Assembly: GCA_042568575.1 (NCBI GenBank)
Contig: JBHPIO010000015.1
Span: forward strand, 1 to 26,960
Direction of reading: 5' to 3'
Length of the DNA: 26,960 nt
Origin: Patescibacteria group bacterium
Lineage (GTDB): Bacteria > Patescibacteriota > Gracilibacteria > UBA1369 > PNNO01
Shown here one piece after another: positions 26,147 through 26,960 of the stretch (its first letter is position 1; every line of letters starts with the position of its first letter). The position numbers and the translations under genes are program-made. A model generated the notes under the pieces. That model saw only the letters and a list, made by a program, of their open reading frames with translations. It searched no databases and was not told the DNA's origin.

Positions 26147-26960
26147 CTATCCTAAAACTTTTTCTAGCTGATCACTCTCAATTGCCTGTTTAATATCGCG
26201 GCAAAGTCTTCGACCTGTGCTCATCGGTTCGTCGTATCGAAGCCATGTATAAGGAGATCCGTGAACAAACGGGTTTGTTCCGGCTACTATCCTCGCGCTG
26301 ATTTCGAAAACATAAAAGTTTAAGTTTGGATCGATGATTGCTTCCAGGCAGAAAGGACCGTATAAACCTTTCCCAACAAGTTTCTTTGATTTTTCTACAA
26401 CGTTTTCTCCCATTTCAAATACCTGTGGAAGGATTGACTCCCTTATTACCATCGGAATGTTTCCTGTGATTGTGTAGCTTGTTCTAATGTCCGCATCTAA
26501 CTGATCCTGCGCGGCGATTCGTCCAATTGAATCTGCATTTGATTCGTAACGTTTATCAAAACTCATTATCTCGAGTTCTTCTGTTAACGGAGAATAAAAA
26601 TAGTGCGTATACATTGGAACTCCAACGATATATTCCTGAAGTACATATTTCTCGTCACCTGGATAATCTTTTATTCCTCTGTAAAAGTCTTCTGTTGAAT
26701 TTGCGATGAAGTAACCTTTTCCGCCCTGTGCTCCGTGAAACTTTACGATCACTGGACAATCAATATCTTCCGGTGTTGCAAAAATACGAGGCAATTTGCA
26801 TCCCGCATCAAGTAACCATTCTCTTTCTTTACCTCGATCAGATTCGAATTCCAGAATACCTTTCGTTCCATAATGCATGATTTCAAGCTCTTTCATTCTT
26901 TCTGGGCCGATATATGTTACAAAAGATCCATGTGGAATGAGGATTGTATTTTCTTTCATC
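26147..26960 (-). CDS. purP: Formate-dependent FAICAR synthetase PurP (5' end probably beyond the window)
   Basis: IPHGSF, KFHGAQGGKGYF, DKRYESNAD, GNIPMVIRES, GPFCLE and FEISARIVAGTN match archaeal PurP. The N-terminal SHSAL region is missing, so the gene likely starts outside the window. Confidence 0.9.
   Translation of the reverse strand, partial: MKENTILIPHGSFVTYIGPERMKELEIMHYGTKGILEFESDRGKEREWLLDAGCKLPRIFATPEDIDCPVIVKFHGAQGGKGYFIANSTEDFYRGIKDYPGDEKYVLQEYIVGVPMYTHYFYSPLTEELEIMSFDKRYESNADSIGRIAAQDQLDADIRTSYTITGNIPMVIRESILPQVFEMGENVVEKSKKLVGKGLYGPFCLEAIIDPNLNFYVFEISARIVAGTNPFVHGSPYTWLRYDEPMSTGRRLCRDIKQAIESDQLEKVLG

Overview
A 27-kb chromosomal window of a low-GC bacterium using the standard code (TGA ends 6623-6850 and purN). 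Gene style suggests a CPR/Patescibacteria organism, perhaps Peregrinibacteria-like; this is inference. Recognisable genes are mutL (partial), mutS, a YqfO-like gene, lexA, prsW, lemA, murG, ftsW, lspA, aroE, mscS, a CofE/FolC2-like ligase, purN, an archaeal-type GlmU-like transferase and two tandem archaeal PurP-family genes. The most striking unexplained feature is the ~950-bp gap between mscS and the CofE-like gene (21261-22230), which looks like a minus-strand RNA cassette. One part is a promoter-to-terminator structured RNA of ~390 nt. The other is a promoter-driven ~310-nt RNA with two 9-codon mini-ORFs behind strong Shine-Dalgarno sites, alternative long-range pairings, and a complete type III hammerhead ribozyme at its 3' end. 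Other notable items are a candidate LexA operator (GTGAG-N6-CTCAC, twice, inside the lexA promoter), two covarying REP-like structured repeats, two back-to-back giant modular proteins that share domains, and three apparently leaderless genes. All RNA structures were folded by eye and are not computed.
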